Shown: positions 39,113 through 52,700 of the stretch, piece after piece | How positions within the stretch are numbered: position 1 is the first letter of the stretch | How the letters are laid out: each line of letters starts with the position of its first letter | Assembly (NCBI GenBank): GCA_028534125.1 | Contig: CM052816.1 | Span: 6,760,175-6,824,000, forward strand | Length of the DNA: 63,826 nt | Source: Lama glama | Taxonomy: Eukaryota | Direction of reading: 5' to 3' | The notes under the pieces: model-generated | Told to the model about the DNA's origin: nothing | Database searches by the model: none | What the model saw: the letters and a program-made list of their open reading frames with translations, nothing else | Translations under genes and position numbers: made by a program

Positions 39113-39624
39113 AAAAGAACAGCATGAATTAAAGCATGAATGCAGGAAAAGAGGGGATCCTATTCAGGACCACAGAAGACAGTTCACAGACTATGGTAAA
39201 AGGAAATATGGGAAGGTACAATGAGTGTGGGACACTAGCACCAGTGATCCCAGGCATGTCATTCTAAACATTAAGAAGTAGCAATGTAATAGGGCGCAAG
39301 GCTCTGACCTACTAATCCAACAATCCATCAACTGACTGGTTTATCTATTTATCCATTTATCTCCTGTACCTCCTTCCTTTTCTCTCTTCATTCCAGAACA
39401 CCAGTGTCCCTGAACTCTTTCACACACACACACTCACAAAGGCCCACCTGTCCAACTGTTCTCTAAAAAGCCTGGGGGCTCACTGGCTAGGCAGGAGCTA
39501 AGGTTTACAAGCCCCTCACTGATGGAAATCAGAGCTGGGGGACAAGTTATTAGAACACAATTTAGGGTAGCACAGGGTTGAGTGGATGAGATGCCCATTG
39601 GCTGACTCAGAGACAAAGGAATAA

Positions 39625-39720
39625 AAAGAGAGGGAGGAAGGGAGGAAGGGAGGAAGGAAAAGAGGGAGGGAGGAAACGTGGAGAAGGGGGAGGGAAAAGA
39701 GGAGGGAGGAGGAGACTGGA
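39625..39720. repeat. GA-rich polypurine tract
   Basis: gggaggaagggaggaagggaggaagg... almost pure purine. Confidence 0.85.
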
Positions 39721-41694
39721 AGAAACTCTAAAACTCCCACTTTCTCCATAATGAGAAGAATGACTGCCAAAACCATTCTTCCTGAGTCGCCCTTGCGGGT
39801 AGTTAGGGCAGAGAAAGCCTTGTGAGCTGATACTCAGGGACCTATCCCTTGCAGTCTACAAATATCTCCCTACCAGGTTCCATCTCAGTGCCTAAAATTC
39901 CTCCAGTTAGGGATGCAGGCATCTTTAGGAGTACAATGTTAAATGCAAGTAGCTCTAGGAGGAATCCAACATTAAGCTATTAGCAACTATTAGCATTTCT
40001 ACAGGGATTAGACTCCCAGATTCAGGGGTTCTTAGGGCAGGAAGGGATTTTCAGAAATTAATTTATGAGATAATTTACTAACACCTGGAACATTAGAACC
40101 ATATCCTCAGGGGAGAAAAATACAGACCAGGCTCTGGATTTGTCTCATCCACCTACCTTCATCTCCTCTTCCTCCCTAAGGCATACTCAATTCATTCATT
40201 CATTCATTCATTCAACTACTTATTAAATACTGTTTTAGACACTGGTGATATAAGGTAACCAAAACAGGCAAGGCCTTGACATTCTAGATGGTTTTAAAGA
40301 AACTCTAATCTTTGACTTCTTGTCCTTAGTCTTTGTGTTCACATTCCTGTGGTACGTGATAAACCCTAACCCACCCTGCTATTTCCTTTCCTGGAGAGCC
40401 TACTTCGTTATGCAAAGTTTTCTACAGTTTAGCTCCTAACAGTACTCTAATTTTTTGTTCTGCTTCCTCACACAGACTGTAAGTTGCTGGACACCAGAGA
40501 TATCTTCATGCCTATTTATATCCCTTACCAAGCCAAATCCAGAACAAAGCAAGCAATAGGAATGCAAGGACTTGACAATCCTTACGGGTCACAGCTATTT
40601 TTTCTCACCATTAAACTCCTGGAATTTAGTAGGTACTATATAGACCTTTTTCAATAAATAAACACTAGTTGAACATATGCAGAGAAGACACTCTAGGTGG
40701 GGTATCTTGGGTAAATGGGCAGAGCACACGGATGAACAGCATTTGCGTGGTAGGTATTTGAGGCTGGTACCAGGATAAGGAAGAGTATATACTAAAAGGG
40801 AACAGGAGAGTGAGAAACTCTGACCTTATAATTTTTTAATACTTATTTCCCAAGTACAAGGGGGGCTAAAATACCTTCCAACTTGGTACTCAGTGATTGA
40901 GGACTGATTTTTCAACTGAACTGACTTATTGACTGATTTATTGCAACTCTCAACATGTACTGCAAGTCTACTGAATGCCAAGCACTCTGCTAGACTCTTG
41001 AGAGGACAGAATCTTGGTAAGAACTAAACTCAGATTCTGCATTTGAGTGGATTCTGTGAGACCACTGTGTTGTTATTCCAAAAGTCTCTTTTCTGGGTGT
41101 CCAGAGAGCAGGCAGCAGATGAACATCTGCAGTTATGAATCACAATGACCTTCAGTCCTTTTGTCACAGACTGGAAATACCCAGTGCCACGGGGTGAGAC
41201 TGAAGCACTCTTCGTGAAATGGTCACGTGGGGCTTCCAAACCTCCTTAGTGCACTGGCCCTACTTTTCAGTTCAATCACACCTTCGTGAGTGAGCTCATT
41301 TATTCTACAAGTGAATCTGAAATACTGTCTACCTGGCAGACTCTGGAATTAGATAGCCTGGATTCCATTTCTGGCTCCTCTTCTACTTATTGGTGATGTG
41401 AACTCGGGCAACTTATTAAATAACAGTGCCTCAATGTTCTCATATATAAATTGGGAATGATAATAGTGCTGACATCTGAGGATTAGTATATGAAAAACAC
41501 TTTAGTATTTTGTACATAGTACACATGTAGTAACTCTCTGCTGTAGATGTAATATATGCTGGAATAGAGACCTATCTTCCCAGAATTCACTGTTTAGTGA
41601 CGGAGAAAAGCAATCACAATACAGCAAGAGAAGTGCTGGGTGGGATCAAGCAGAGGTCGAAATGAGAGCACAGAGGAGGGGCCCTGAACAAGGA

Positions 41695-41772
41695 GGTCAG
41701 GGGGAGCTTCTAGGAGAATGTGAAGACTAAAATGGTCAGGGGGAGCTTCTAGGAGAATGTGAAGACTAAAAT
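41695..41772. repeat. Perfect 39-bp tandem duplication within an L2 fragment
   Basis: ggtcagggggagcttctaggagaatgtgaagactaaaat x2. Confidence 0.97.
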
Positions 41773-41869
41773 GACACATAAAGAAAGGATCAGCCCACCA
41801 AAGAGCTAGGGAAATAAAGTTCTAGGTGGAGTTTATTTAAATTCTCAGATGTGAGAGTGTGTTACCTGT

Positions 41870-43225
41870 GTAACTGAATCTGCAGTATCGCAAAGACACC
41901 AAAAGAGGAGACAATAACAATAAAAGCCAAGTAAAGCAGAAAGGAAAGTGGTAACTGCAGTAGTAAAACCAAGAAAGCAGAACTCTAAGGTGGTTGTGCA
42001 GGGGGAAAAAATAAAATCAACCCAGTTTACACTAAAGGAACTCCAAAAAGTTCCAGGATTGGTGATACTAGCACCTCTGGAAGCAGGAAAAGGCAGGGGT
42101 AAATAGAGAAGAATGGGTTATAAGTACATTTAAAGTAGTTAAAATTGAAAAAATATTTTAAGTACTGAAGCTGGGGGTTAGAGAGTTCATTATACTCTTT
42201 ACTTTGGTTTATGTTTGAACCTTTCCATTATAAAAAAGTTAATAATACTTAGTTCCAGATGTTTTTCCTCCAATCTCCATAGCTGGGAAACTGCCCCTAC
42301 TTCACCTTGATAGAAAATTGGACATTTATTCTGAAGAATGAACAAAACCAGGATCTCTGAATATGCTGACAGACATCAGGAAGAATTGAGGACAAGGGTA
42401 TTATATTCAAGACAAAAATACTAAGTGAATAGTTACTACCTGGATGCTGAGACTTCCAGCTTTTGTCTCCAACTGAACTGTCAAAACCATGAAAGCCACA
42501 TTCTCCGGGCAAGACACTGGAAAATCTTGTGAGAGGAATCTAACCAGCTCAAGAATGAAAGACTTGAAGAAGTCATCACCAGAACTTCTCCCATAAAGGA
42601 GCCAAAACACATAACTTTAAGTTGCAAGTGTGCACACAAAGATTTCAATTAGCTTTTTTGGTTCCTATTTCTAAATATGAATAGATAGTCAAAGATGACT
42701 AGACATCTGAAGGAAGCCTTTAAAATGAATGACAGACAAGAAGACAAAAAACAAATAATAAGGGAAAAAGCAACTTGGTAAAAAAAAAAAGAGAGAGAGA
42801 CCATTCAGGAAGATGAAAACCTCAAAAACTAAGCAACAACAATAACAAAAAGCTGTCATTAATATCCTCAGAGAGAAAAGGGGAGATATTGCATTTATAA
42901 AGTAAAAACACAATGCTATTTAAAAAGTAATTAGAAAACAAGAAATAACTCTTAGAAATTAAAAATGTGCTAAGGAGAAATGAAAAGCTAAACAAAGTAC
43001 TGAACGATGAAGCCAAACACATCTCCCAAACAGAAGAGCAAAAAAACGGGGGGAGAGGGGAATAAAAAATATATATATAATAAAAATAGGGAATCCCTCT
43101 AGAAGATGCAACATCTGTATGAGAGAGGTTCTGAGAAAAGAGGAAATAGTGGAGAGAAAATAATCAAAGAAATAAATTCAAATGAATTTCCCATAACCAA
43201 AAAACTTGGATTTCCAGATTGAAAG
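41870..43225 (+). mobile_element. Ancient L1/HAL1-type 5' and ORF1 remnant, followed by a short young L1 3' end (~43230-43350)
   Basis: caaagatgactagacatctgaagg, ctcttagaaattaaaaat and atcaaagaaata...gaatttccca...tttccagattgaaag are typical old ORF1 remnants. Confidence 0.65.
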
Positions 43226-44289
43226 ACTCACAATTTGGAAAAGAATAGATTTATAGATATATGTATAACTGAACCATTTTGCTGTACACCTGAAATTAAC
43301 ACAACACTGTAAATCAACTATACTTCTATTAAAAAAATACAATTTAAAAAATATGTCTAAACTGAAAAAATAAAAATCATAAAGAGGCCCTATCTGCATG
43401 TTAATTAGAGATAAATTTTTAAAGCTAAAAGTATTTAAAACTATTGGATATGGTGATGTGTTTTGCATAATAACCTTGACAGAATTATCTGACTAAACTT
43501 TGATTTAAAAAGAAAAACTATATTAAAATTAAAAATAAAAATAAACAGGAAAATCATGTTCTGGTCCATTAGCAGGTCAAGAACTGCTAAGAACTGATCT
43601 AGTCTGATCCCCAACTATGTTTTATATATCATCTATCAGAGACCCAGAGGAGTGAAGAAAGTTGCCCAGGATCACCCAGGGGTTAGTGGCAGAGACAGAA
43701 GGAAGTATCAGATCTCTGAACAGTTTGCAAACTTATGGAGGTTTTGTTTATAGCACCCCACCAAGATGTCATATCTGTCCAAGCAATCCCTGCGGCATCT
43801 GGGCCTCAGGCCTCTCTGACTGAGTGCTGCAGGGACAAGCACGACAGAAGGAGGCTTGAACGTTGCTTCTAGGAGCTTACAATCAGATGATGAGGACCCT
43901 TACGTGCCAAACCCTTGTAGAATAATTAAGTGCCCCAGGAACTGACTCAACAATTTCCCCAGTCACTCTGGCTCTGCTTTCTCCCTTCTGTCCTCACATT
44001 TTGGCTATTGCAGCTTCAGCTCATTGAGTTTACACAGGTGGACTTCCCTTTTTTTCTTATAGTCAGATAAATTTTAAAAATAAAGAAATCTTTGTTATTG
44101 TACATATGAACAATTATATGTTCTCTAATCTCATATATAGCAAACAAACCAAACATAAATATCTATATAACAAATACAATAGCTCAAAAGGTAACAACAA
44201 CAAAATTCAAGCTGAAGGGAGAATTTAGAGGCAATAGGATTCGCCCTACCTATTTTAAAATAGGTTTTATAGGGTTGGCCCAAAAAATG

Positions 44290-44875
44290 ACCAGAAAGGG
44301 GAAAGTTATAAGGAAATAGGCACTCACATACCCTGTTGGTTGAACCACTGATCAAGGCAAACTCTGGAATGCAATACAGCCATCGCTTTCAATAATTAAA
44401 ATTCACTTACCCTTTGACTCAGCAGTTTCTTTACTAGGAATTTACCCAAAGGTATGCCAAGATATATGGCACAATGAAATTCACTGCAGCATTGTTTATA
44501 CAGCAACCATAAAAGAACAAATAAATAAATAGCTTAAGTATCTTTCAATAGCACAGAGGTCAAATCATTAATTATTGTATATCCGTACAACATAATAATG
44601 CATCCTTTAAAAAGAATGCATTAGATCTATCTTGTTGACATAGAAAGATTTCCAAGATACACTGTTTAGTTAAAAAGGCAAGGTTCAGCAGAGTATATTC
44701 CCATTTGTTTCACACAAACACACACACATTGTTTTCCAGAAAAAGAGTTGTCATCTTTGAAGAGAGGAATTAGAGCCTAAGAGGAGAGATAAGGAAGAGT
44801 GTTGCTTGGTTTTATATCTTTTAGAAAGTTTAAATTCCAATCATACGCAAATATGCCTTTTTTAATAATGAAGTT
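44290..44875 (+). mobile_element. Ancient L1 (L1ME-type) 3' end
   Basis: ccctttgactcagcagtttctttactaggaatttaccc, ttcactgcagcattgtttata. Confidence 0.75.
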
Positions 44876-47749
44876 TAAAGATAGATAATTTATGAAAAGC
44901 AGTAAATAACTCTCATTCAGAGAGGAGAAATTACTTTCCTAACTTCACTCAAATGATAACAGGGCTAGGGCTAAAATTTAAGGCTCTTTCCTGATGTAAT
45001 TCTTTCCAAAGCTTCCCCACTTCCAAGTCCCCTGATCTGTAAAATGGGAACATTTCTTCCCTGTCTTCTTCAGAAGATCTCAGAAAAAAGATGACTGAAT
45101 CCTAAATTTGTTTCATACCTACTTGTTCAATAAATGACTGAATGAATGAATGGGATTTAAGTGAGACAATGAATGTGAGAAATGAAAGATTACTGCTTTG
45201 AAAGGGTTAATACATTCTCCCCACCTGAGACTTGACTGTCTGACCCTTGAGTCCCCTTTTGGAAAGAAGGTGAGTATCCCAGTGACTACTATGCCCCACA
45301 TGATGGATGAGAGGAACATGAAGGAAGCAGCCACCAAAGGTTTGGCACTGGCTCCTGTTGGCTTTCTGATCACATCGCGGCTGGCTGTCAAGTCCATGGC
45401 CCAGCGATTTATGGTGTCCCTGGGCAGGAGCAGCCTGTGCAAGGCTGCTGCTGCGGCAGTCCAGGGACAGGAGCCAAGCTCTCATTCTCCTTGAAGCTGG
45501 AACCATTCCTCCTGAGGGCCAGGAGCTCTTCCTACATCAGAACAGAAAGAATGCACCCTGGTACCTCCCCCAACATCCCCAGCCATGGGTTTCTTACCAG
45601 GATTCTTCAGCTGCCAGTACAGTGACTCCGTAGACAACCCAGGCTGGTGCAAGGCAGACATCTTTGCCAAGTCCAGCTTCCCAAATCACTGACAGCAATA
45701 CAAAGGCATTAACTATCTCTATCTTCACCTCAGACATAGGCCTGACTACTGCAGCATCTCAGAAAGATAAGCAGAGAGCTTCTTATAATTCATTTAACCA
45801 ACTCTAAGTAGAATGCTACAGAACAACAAGGGTGGTTAGGACAGAATACTGGTTAAGAGTGTGAGCTCCGGACTCCAAAAGACTGTCTCTAAACTCTGGC
45901 TCTGCTATTGTCAGCAGTGTGACCTTGGGCAAGTTACTCAACCTCCTGTGCTTCAGTAGCCTTAGCTATAAAACGTCAATCCTATTAATAATACCCAGCT
46001 CATAGGTTTGCTGTGACAATAAAAATGAGATAATCCATTTGAACAGGACTTTGTCAATTATACTCAGGTAGGCTGTTTCATAAAGAATGGATCCTGCTTA
46101 TAATAAAGGGAGGAGAAATCACATCCAGTTGGAGGAATCATGAAAGGCTTATTGAAAGAGTGAGTCTGTAGGATGCGGATGGTCAGAGATAAAGCAAGGG
46201 CAATCCAGATATGAGAAACACTAAAGAAGAATGCATGGGAAGGAAAAGAGGGAACACCCTTAAGGAAAATGTGCAGTTCAGCAAGGCTGGAATGTAGGAC
46301 AGTATAGGGAAGATGAAACTGATGGCAGATGAAACTGAAAAGGGAAGTTGGCTGTGAGGGCTCTGAATGCCAAGCTAAGGTGGCTGGTTGGGAGCCATTG
46401 AAGCTGTGTGAGCTGGCACGAGGCAGGAGCAGAGCTACACCTTAAAGGAGTCATTTGGCAATGTCTGTCTTGACATGGCTGAGAGGAGGTGCTGCCAGGG
46501 CTAAACAACAAAGGTGAGAATGTGATTGGGACATAGCCCTCCCAAACCCTGACTCTTCTGGAGACAACAGACTGCCTACACAGGCTTCTATGAAAGACGA
46601 GTTTATTCTGTGGAAGCACTTTTAAAATGCCCCTAGATAATCCCTCAAGTCTCCTTAATTGTAAATGGGGCATCTCAGACTACAGCTCTGTCTCTCTCCT
46701 CCCCAAAGCAACATGCACCACAGCCAGATTTGACAGAAGGAGCACTGACTGAGAACCCTTACCACCAATTCTAAGGTCCATTCAAGTCTCTTCTCCCAAG
46801 CTCTATTCCCCCATCTTGTCAATAGTGAGTCTGAATTAGACAAATGTCCATCAGTCTCTGACCACTTACAAGATTTTTTTGTTACATCCATATACCCCAT
46901 TTACTATTATTTACTTAAACTTTTCTTCAGTGAAACCACTTGTTTTTTCTTTATGCTTAAACAAACTTTTTTGAAAAGAAGGAAACTTCTACCACAGCCA
47001 TGAAAAGAAAACATCTATTTCCTCCTCCAGATAAAAGGTAACCACCATAAAAGGTAAAGAAAAAATGCAAGGAAAACAAAGCATCCTGAAAATCTAGCTA
47101 AAACCTCTTGCTCTCTCCTTTTTTGGAAGAAAGATTGGCAGTTGGTAATGAGCAGGAGATTAAGACATTCTCCCCCTGAGGTAACAGCAATGATTAATAG
47201 AGGATTAAAGAGCAAATATCTTCCCCCAATGGATTCACTGTTATTTAACAGGGTCACACCTACAATCTTTTTTATAAACCAGACTTACACATTCTCAAAA
47301 TGTGACAGAACAGAACTCAATGATCTCCAAGAATCCTTCCATTTCATTTTTCTTTTTTGACAAATATTCTTTGAGTACTGTCCTATATCGGGTACTATAC
47401 TAAGCTTGGGAGATCAATAAAATGAGTAACTGTCCCCTGCTTCTATCAAAGAATTTATAACTGTGCCTTCTCATCCCAAGTCAGCTGGGAACTTGTTTGG
47501 TGCCGCTGGACAGCTCCTCACCTCATTCAGACCTCACTTTCTCTACCTCTGAAGCCTTGAGGTTGAACCGCATGATTATTGCGGGCTCTTCTAGTTCTAG
47601 CTTTTTGTAAGTCAATAAAGCCAGGGTGGGAGAATTGGGTATTAAGACAAGGGTTAATGCAGAAACTAGGGCAGAAATGAATTCAGATAGCAACACAGGC
47701 AGGTTGATCTGGGAAAGGCTGGAGTAGGTGCTAAGATTGGCTGGCTCAA

Positions 47750-49025
47750 AATCAAGGGAGTTTGGTACAACCACTTTAGAAAACTGTCAGTACTTGCTAA
47801 ATCCAAGCTCATGTATATACAATGATCCAACAATGCTATTCCTTAGGGAAAATGAGTGCTTATGTTCATCAAAAGACGTGTACAAGATATATAGATCTAT
47901 GTCTAGAGAAACCCTAATTTAAAAAGACACACACCCAACGTTCATAGCAGCACTATTTACAATAGTCAAGACATGGAAGCAACTTAAATGTCCATTGTCA
48001 GATGACTGGATAAAAAAGATATGGTACATGTATAGAATGGAATACTACCCAGTCAGAAAAAAGAATAAAATAATGCCATTTGCAGCAACATAGATGGACA
48101 TGCAGATTGTCATACTAAGTGAAGTAAGCCAGAAAGAGACTCACTTATGGTATACATAAGGTATCACTTACATGTGGAATCTAAAAAAAAGACACAAACA
48201 AACTTAGTTACAAAACAGAAACACACTCACAGACATAGAAAACAAACTTGTGGTTACCATGGAAAAAAAGGCAGGTGTGGAGGGATAAATTGGGAGTTTG
48301 AATTTACAGATACTAACTACTACATATAAAGTAGATAAACAGCAAGGTCCTACTGTATAGCACAGGGAATTATATGCAATATCTTGTAATAGCCTTTAAT
48401 AAAAAAGAATATGAAAAGGAATATATATAATATATATATACACACACACACACTCATATAACTGAAACACTATGCTGTACACCAGAAATTAACACACTGT
48501 AAACCAACTAACTTCAATAAAAAAAAGACATGTACAAGAATGTCCATAGCAACTTTTTTCAAAATTGCCAACAGCTGGAAACAATCCAAGCGATCTGCAG
48601 CAGGAAATGGATAAATAAAACATGGTAGAGCAACCCAATGGACTACTACACAGCAATGAAAAAGAGTGGCCTGCTGCCACACTTTATAACATAGAAAGTT
48701 CTCATAGACACTGTGTTGAGCATAAGAGGCTAGACATAAAAGAGTACATACTGTTTGATTCTATTTGTATGATGTTAAAGAACTGACAAAACAAATTTAT
48801 CATAATACAGGTCAGAATAATGGTTGCCTACAGGAGAGAGGTTTATATTAATTGGAAAAGAGCATGAGGGAAACTTCTGGGCTGCTATAAATGTGCTACA
48901 CTCTGATCTGGATGGTGGTTACACAGATACGTATATATATGTTAAAATCCATCAAGCTCTATACTTACAATTTATACATTTTAATATATGTAAGTTATAT
49001 CTCAACAAGAAGTAAATAAAAAATA
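47750..49025 (+). mobile_element. Old L1 3' end, split by a younger L1 (47888-48522) with 17-bp TSD
   Basis: TSD aaaagacgtgtacaaga (47871-47887) / aaaagacatgtacaaga (48523-48539), one CpG-type mismatch. Confidence 0.88.
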
Positions 49026-49614
49026 ATCAAAGATACCAAAGGTTGATGAAAATATTAGGCTGCCGCAAAGACATAAGCAAGAGGAAAGAAAAGAAAGGAA
49101 AGGGAAAAAGCTCTGATTTACTCCACTATGGAAAGCCACCTCATCTGCTGCTGCAGACACTCACAATCTTAGAGAGATTATATCTTCAGGTAGATCATGA
49201 TATGATTGGGGTCTTCATAGATAACAGGTGTTGGAAAGTGAAATAACAAAAATGAGTTCGAATGAAAGGGTAAGACCCTCGAAGGGGTGAGTGGTAGAGA
49301 GGAGACATGGTAAGACATAACAGACCAATGATAACAAAGGGACTATATTTTTGGAGCTAGCTATGTCCTCAAACCTTCACCATACATGCCACTCAAGAAG
49401 TTCTAAACATAAACCCTGGACAAAGAGGATGTATGGCAGAGTGAGAAATGTACAGGATCAACTGTTTGGAGATATGAGTCCAAATTCTGATCTACCACCA
49501 ATTTACAAAACTGAATCACTTCTCTGTACACCTGAAATTAATACAAAACTGTAAATCAACTATACTTCAATGAAAAAAACTGAAAGAAAAAAAAAAGAAT
49601 GGTAAATAGATCAG

Positions 49615-49780
49615 ACTGCTGGCCTTTAAGTTTGAGGGATCATGAAGTATTTTGAGACTCTAATAAAAACCATAAATCCCCTCCCCAGAAAAATGCCCAT
49701 ACACACTAAGTTTTGCATATGATATCAAGAGGTTTGTAGAATCCTTAAAGCCCACCCATGGACTGCAAATTAAGACTCCA
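49615..49780. mobile_element. hAT-Charlie-type MITE (MER class, subfamily uncertain)
   Basis: cctccccagaaaaatgcccatacacac...ttttgcatatgat...aagcccacccatggac...ttaagactcc. Confidence 0.6.
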
Positions 49781-52700
49781 TAGATTATGGGATTTTTTTA
49801 AAGTTTATTTTAGGGATGATTTTCCTACATTTTCTTTTTTTAGTGTTGCTGCTACTGAGTCTCTTCTCTCATTCTCTTCCCACTTCCAACGTCACCAACT
49901 GCCAAGACTACTAACTTTGAGCTGCCACTTTCAGATTAGGCTGGGGACCAAAGGGGATTATGACGGACAAACACAGCTGGTCCCAGCCAAGCATTTCCTC
50001 CTGCCCATCAGACTCACCCAGGTCTTAGAGGATGTGTGCTTGCTGGAGAGGCAGGAAGTCAATTAATTGCTGGGTAGCTGGAAATCACTTCTTCCAACTG
50101 CAACTTTTCAGTAGTAATTAAAACAAGCAAAGGGAGGGGGAGAAACAGTCTTTTTCCCACCTCTTTCCACCTGCCTATCCCCTCCCTACGATGTGACTGG
50201 GACAGGGGCCCAGAAGCCTGGGAATCAGGACTTTTCTTGTTGAACCTAATTGCTTTAGGACTGCATTTTGTCAAAGAGCAGATCACAGGTCTGAACTATA
50301 AGCAATACTCAACTCTAAACCTAACAGTTAAGTTTTCCTTGTCCAATTCAGGCTGGTAGATATCCACAGAGGAAACGTTGGGGTCGGGTGGAGAAGGGGA
50401 GTTACAGAGAGGGGATGGAAGAAGGAAAAGGCTGGGTTAGTAGTGTGTATGATTTCTTGTCTCAGAGAATTAGCCAAACCAATGAAACAGGTGTGGAAGA
50501 CGGTTGGACGAATGTCTGTCCTCATTTTTGCAGGGGTTTCCCTAAAGACCCAAACAGGTCTTTCTCACATCTACACATCTGTCCCAAGTCACTTCCCATT
50601 ATAATCCAATTCTGCTGACAAATGGCTGGATTTTTGGTTTCAGACCCAAGGAACAGTAACTCTAAAACAACAATAACAACAACAACACAAAAAAAATCGC
50701 AAAATCCAAACCAGTAATTAATGGTGAGAGTTTCAGGTAGTGTGGATACTTGAGAGTGGAGGTGGAAGGGAGAATTAGGTTGTAGCAGTCTTTTTTTTGC
50801 CATTACGTCTCTACGCACCCCCAACCCATAGAAATCTACTTTGCAATTAGAGGACCATAAATCTGAGATCAGATATTCCCTTTCACTAGCTGTGAGGTCT
50901 TAGACAAGTTAGCTTTCTCTTATAAGCTTCAAGTTTCTTGTCTCTAAAATTGACATAATACCAACTGCTTCTAAGGGCTGCTGGGAAGAGTAAAAGAGAG
51001 TACAGAGGAGGAGACTTGGCCAGCAGATGCTCAGTACAAGTTGAGTTCCTTTCCCACCATTGCCTGATTATCCCTGTTTCCTGATGGGCTGGGCTCAGAC
51101 AGCCTGCTCTTCTGAGCACCCAGGGAAGAACAGAACACAGTCACGGAAAACATGGAAGGGACAGTAGTTGAGGGAGGGTATCACCACTGACAAGACACCC
51201 AGAACAGGAGATGCTAGGCTGGGCTGTGAGCTCTAAGGATAAACAAACACTTTCATGATACTGGGATTATGTGTTTCCCTGTCTCATATCCCAATTAAAT
51301 CATACATTTTTTCTAAGCAAAGCATGCATTACAATTTCATCTCTGAGGCTGACTGAAACATTCATTCATTCAGCATCTAACGGTACTGCATCTAAGCTGT
51401 ACTGCAGAGGCTCTGGCATGGGACAACTGGGTACAAATGCCCAGTCTACCTCTTTCTAGGAGTGACCCACAACCAGCATTATAACTTCATTGAGCCTCAA
51501 TTTCTTGACCTGTAAAAACAGTTCCTACTTCAAAGGGTTGAGTTCTAGCTGAGGTCATTGATATGAAATACTAAAAAAAAAAGCAAAGAATAAGCAATTT
51601 GTAAATATTTATAGTTATTACTGTTGTTAGAGTTGGGAACATAAAAAGAATGAGACTTGATTTCCACCCCAAGAAACTTCAGTGCAATAAGGGAGACAGA
51701 CAAGGAAAAAAAACTGATCACAAAAAGTATACGTGATGCAAAATAAATAACCAAATATAGGGTATGATGGAGTACCCATAGTAGGGACCTTTAACCCAGA
51801 CTTAGTTAGGAGTAAAGAAAGGCCTTCAGGGCCAAGAGAGAGCTAAGCTTAGAAAATGTTCAGGATTATTAAGAAACAGTACAAAGGCCTGGAGGCAGAA
51901 AGAAAGACACTGGCATCTTGGGGAACTGCCATTCTGAATGGAACAAGGGAGTGTGAGGAAAGAAGTCAAGGAGCCTGCGGTTGGAGAGGACAGCAGGCAC
52001 CACATCGCAGTTCCTAATACCACGCCTTGAATTTGTTTGTGTTGAAAACGGACCTCCCATTTTATGAATGAGATGAAGGAGGCTAGAAAAGTCACTGCTT
52101 GCTGAACCACAAGAGAGCCCAGGACTCTAGATTCTCAATATAGTTTCCATCCTGTCACACCACCAGCTTCATGAAAGGCAGCACCGTGGAAAGGAAAGGC
52201 CCAGGCGCCTTCAGCTGTGCCGATACTCCCCGCCTCAGCAGGCCGAGCAGCAGAGAGCTCTGGGACACAGTCACCTCCTTCCCAGCAGGTGTGACGTTCT
52301 CAGGATGCAGACAGCGGGACTGAAAGACTCAAGGAAATCATTCTTCCACTTGAAAATGCCAGTACCAGAAATTAAGATTTGGCGGATGAGGGAAAAGAGA
52401 AGTCACACCAAGGAACTATCACTGGAGTCCTTGCTCGTTCTGCAGGAAGCAGGAGTCTGCTTCCTGAGCGAAGACAACAGGGGAGTGATTTGATAGCAAA
52501 AGGTGACCCTCTGGAAACATTACAGGGGCAAAAACATGAAAGTGGCCTTTGAAATAGTGCAATTTTGCTGAGCTTAAAGAAAAGAAAAATATGGAAAGAA
52601 AAATGAGAGTTGCATTGGTTTCCAAGACTTTGCAAGCAATGGCCAGAATTTGGAACATTATGTGAAGGCAAACCAGAGAAGAAAGACACCCAAGATGATC

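Noticed and set aside
45598..45660. PGLSTESLYWQL similarity to mucin SEA-repeat motifs
   Set aside because: Too short and no flanking domain similarity; expected by chance.
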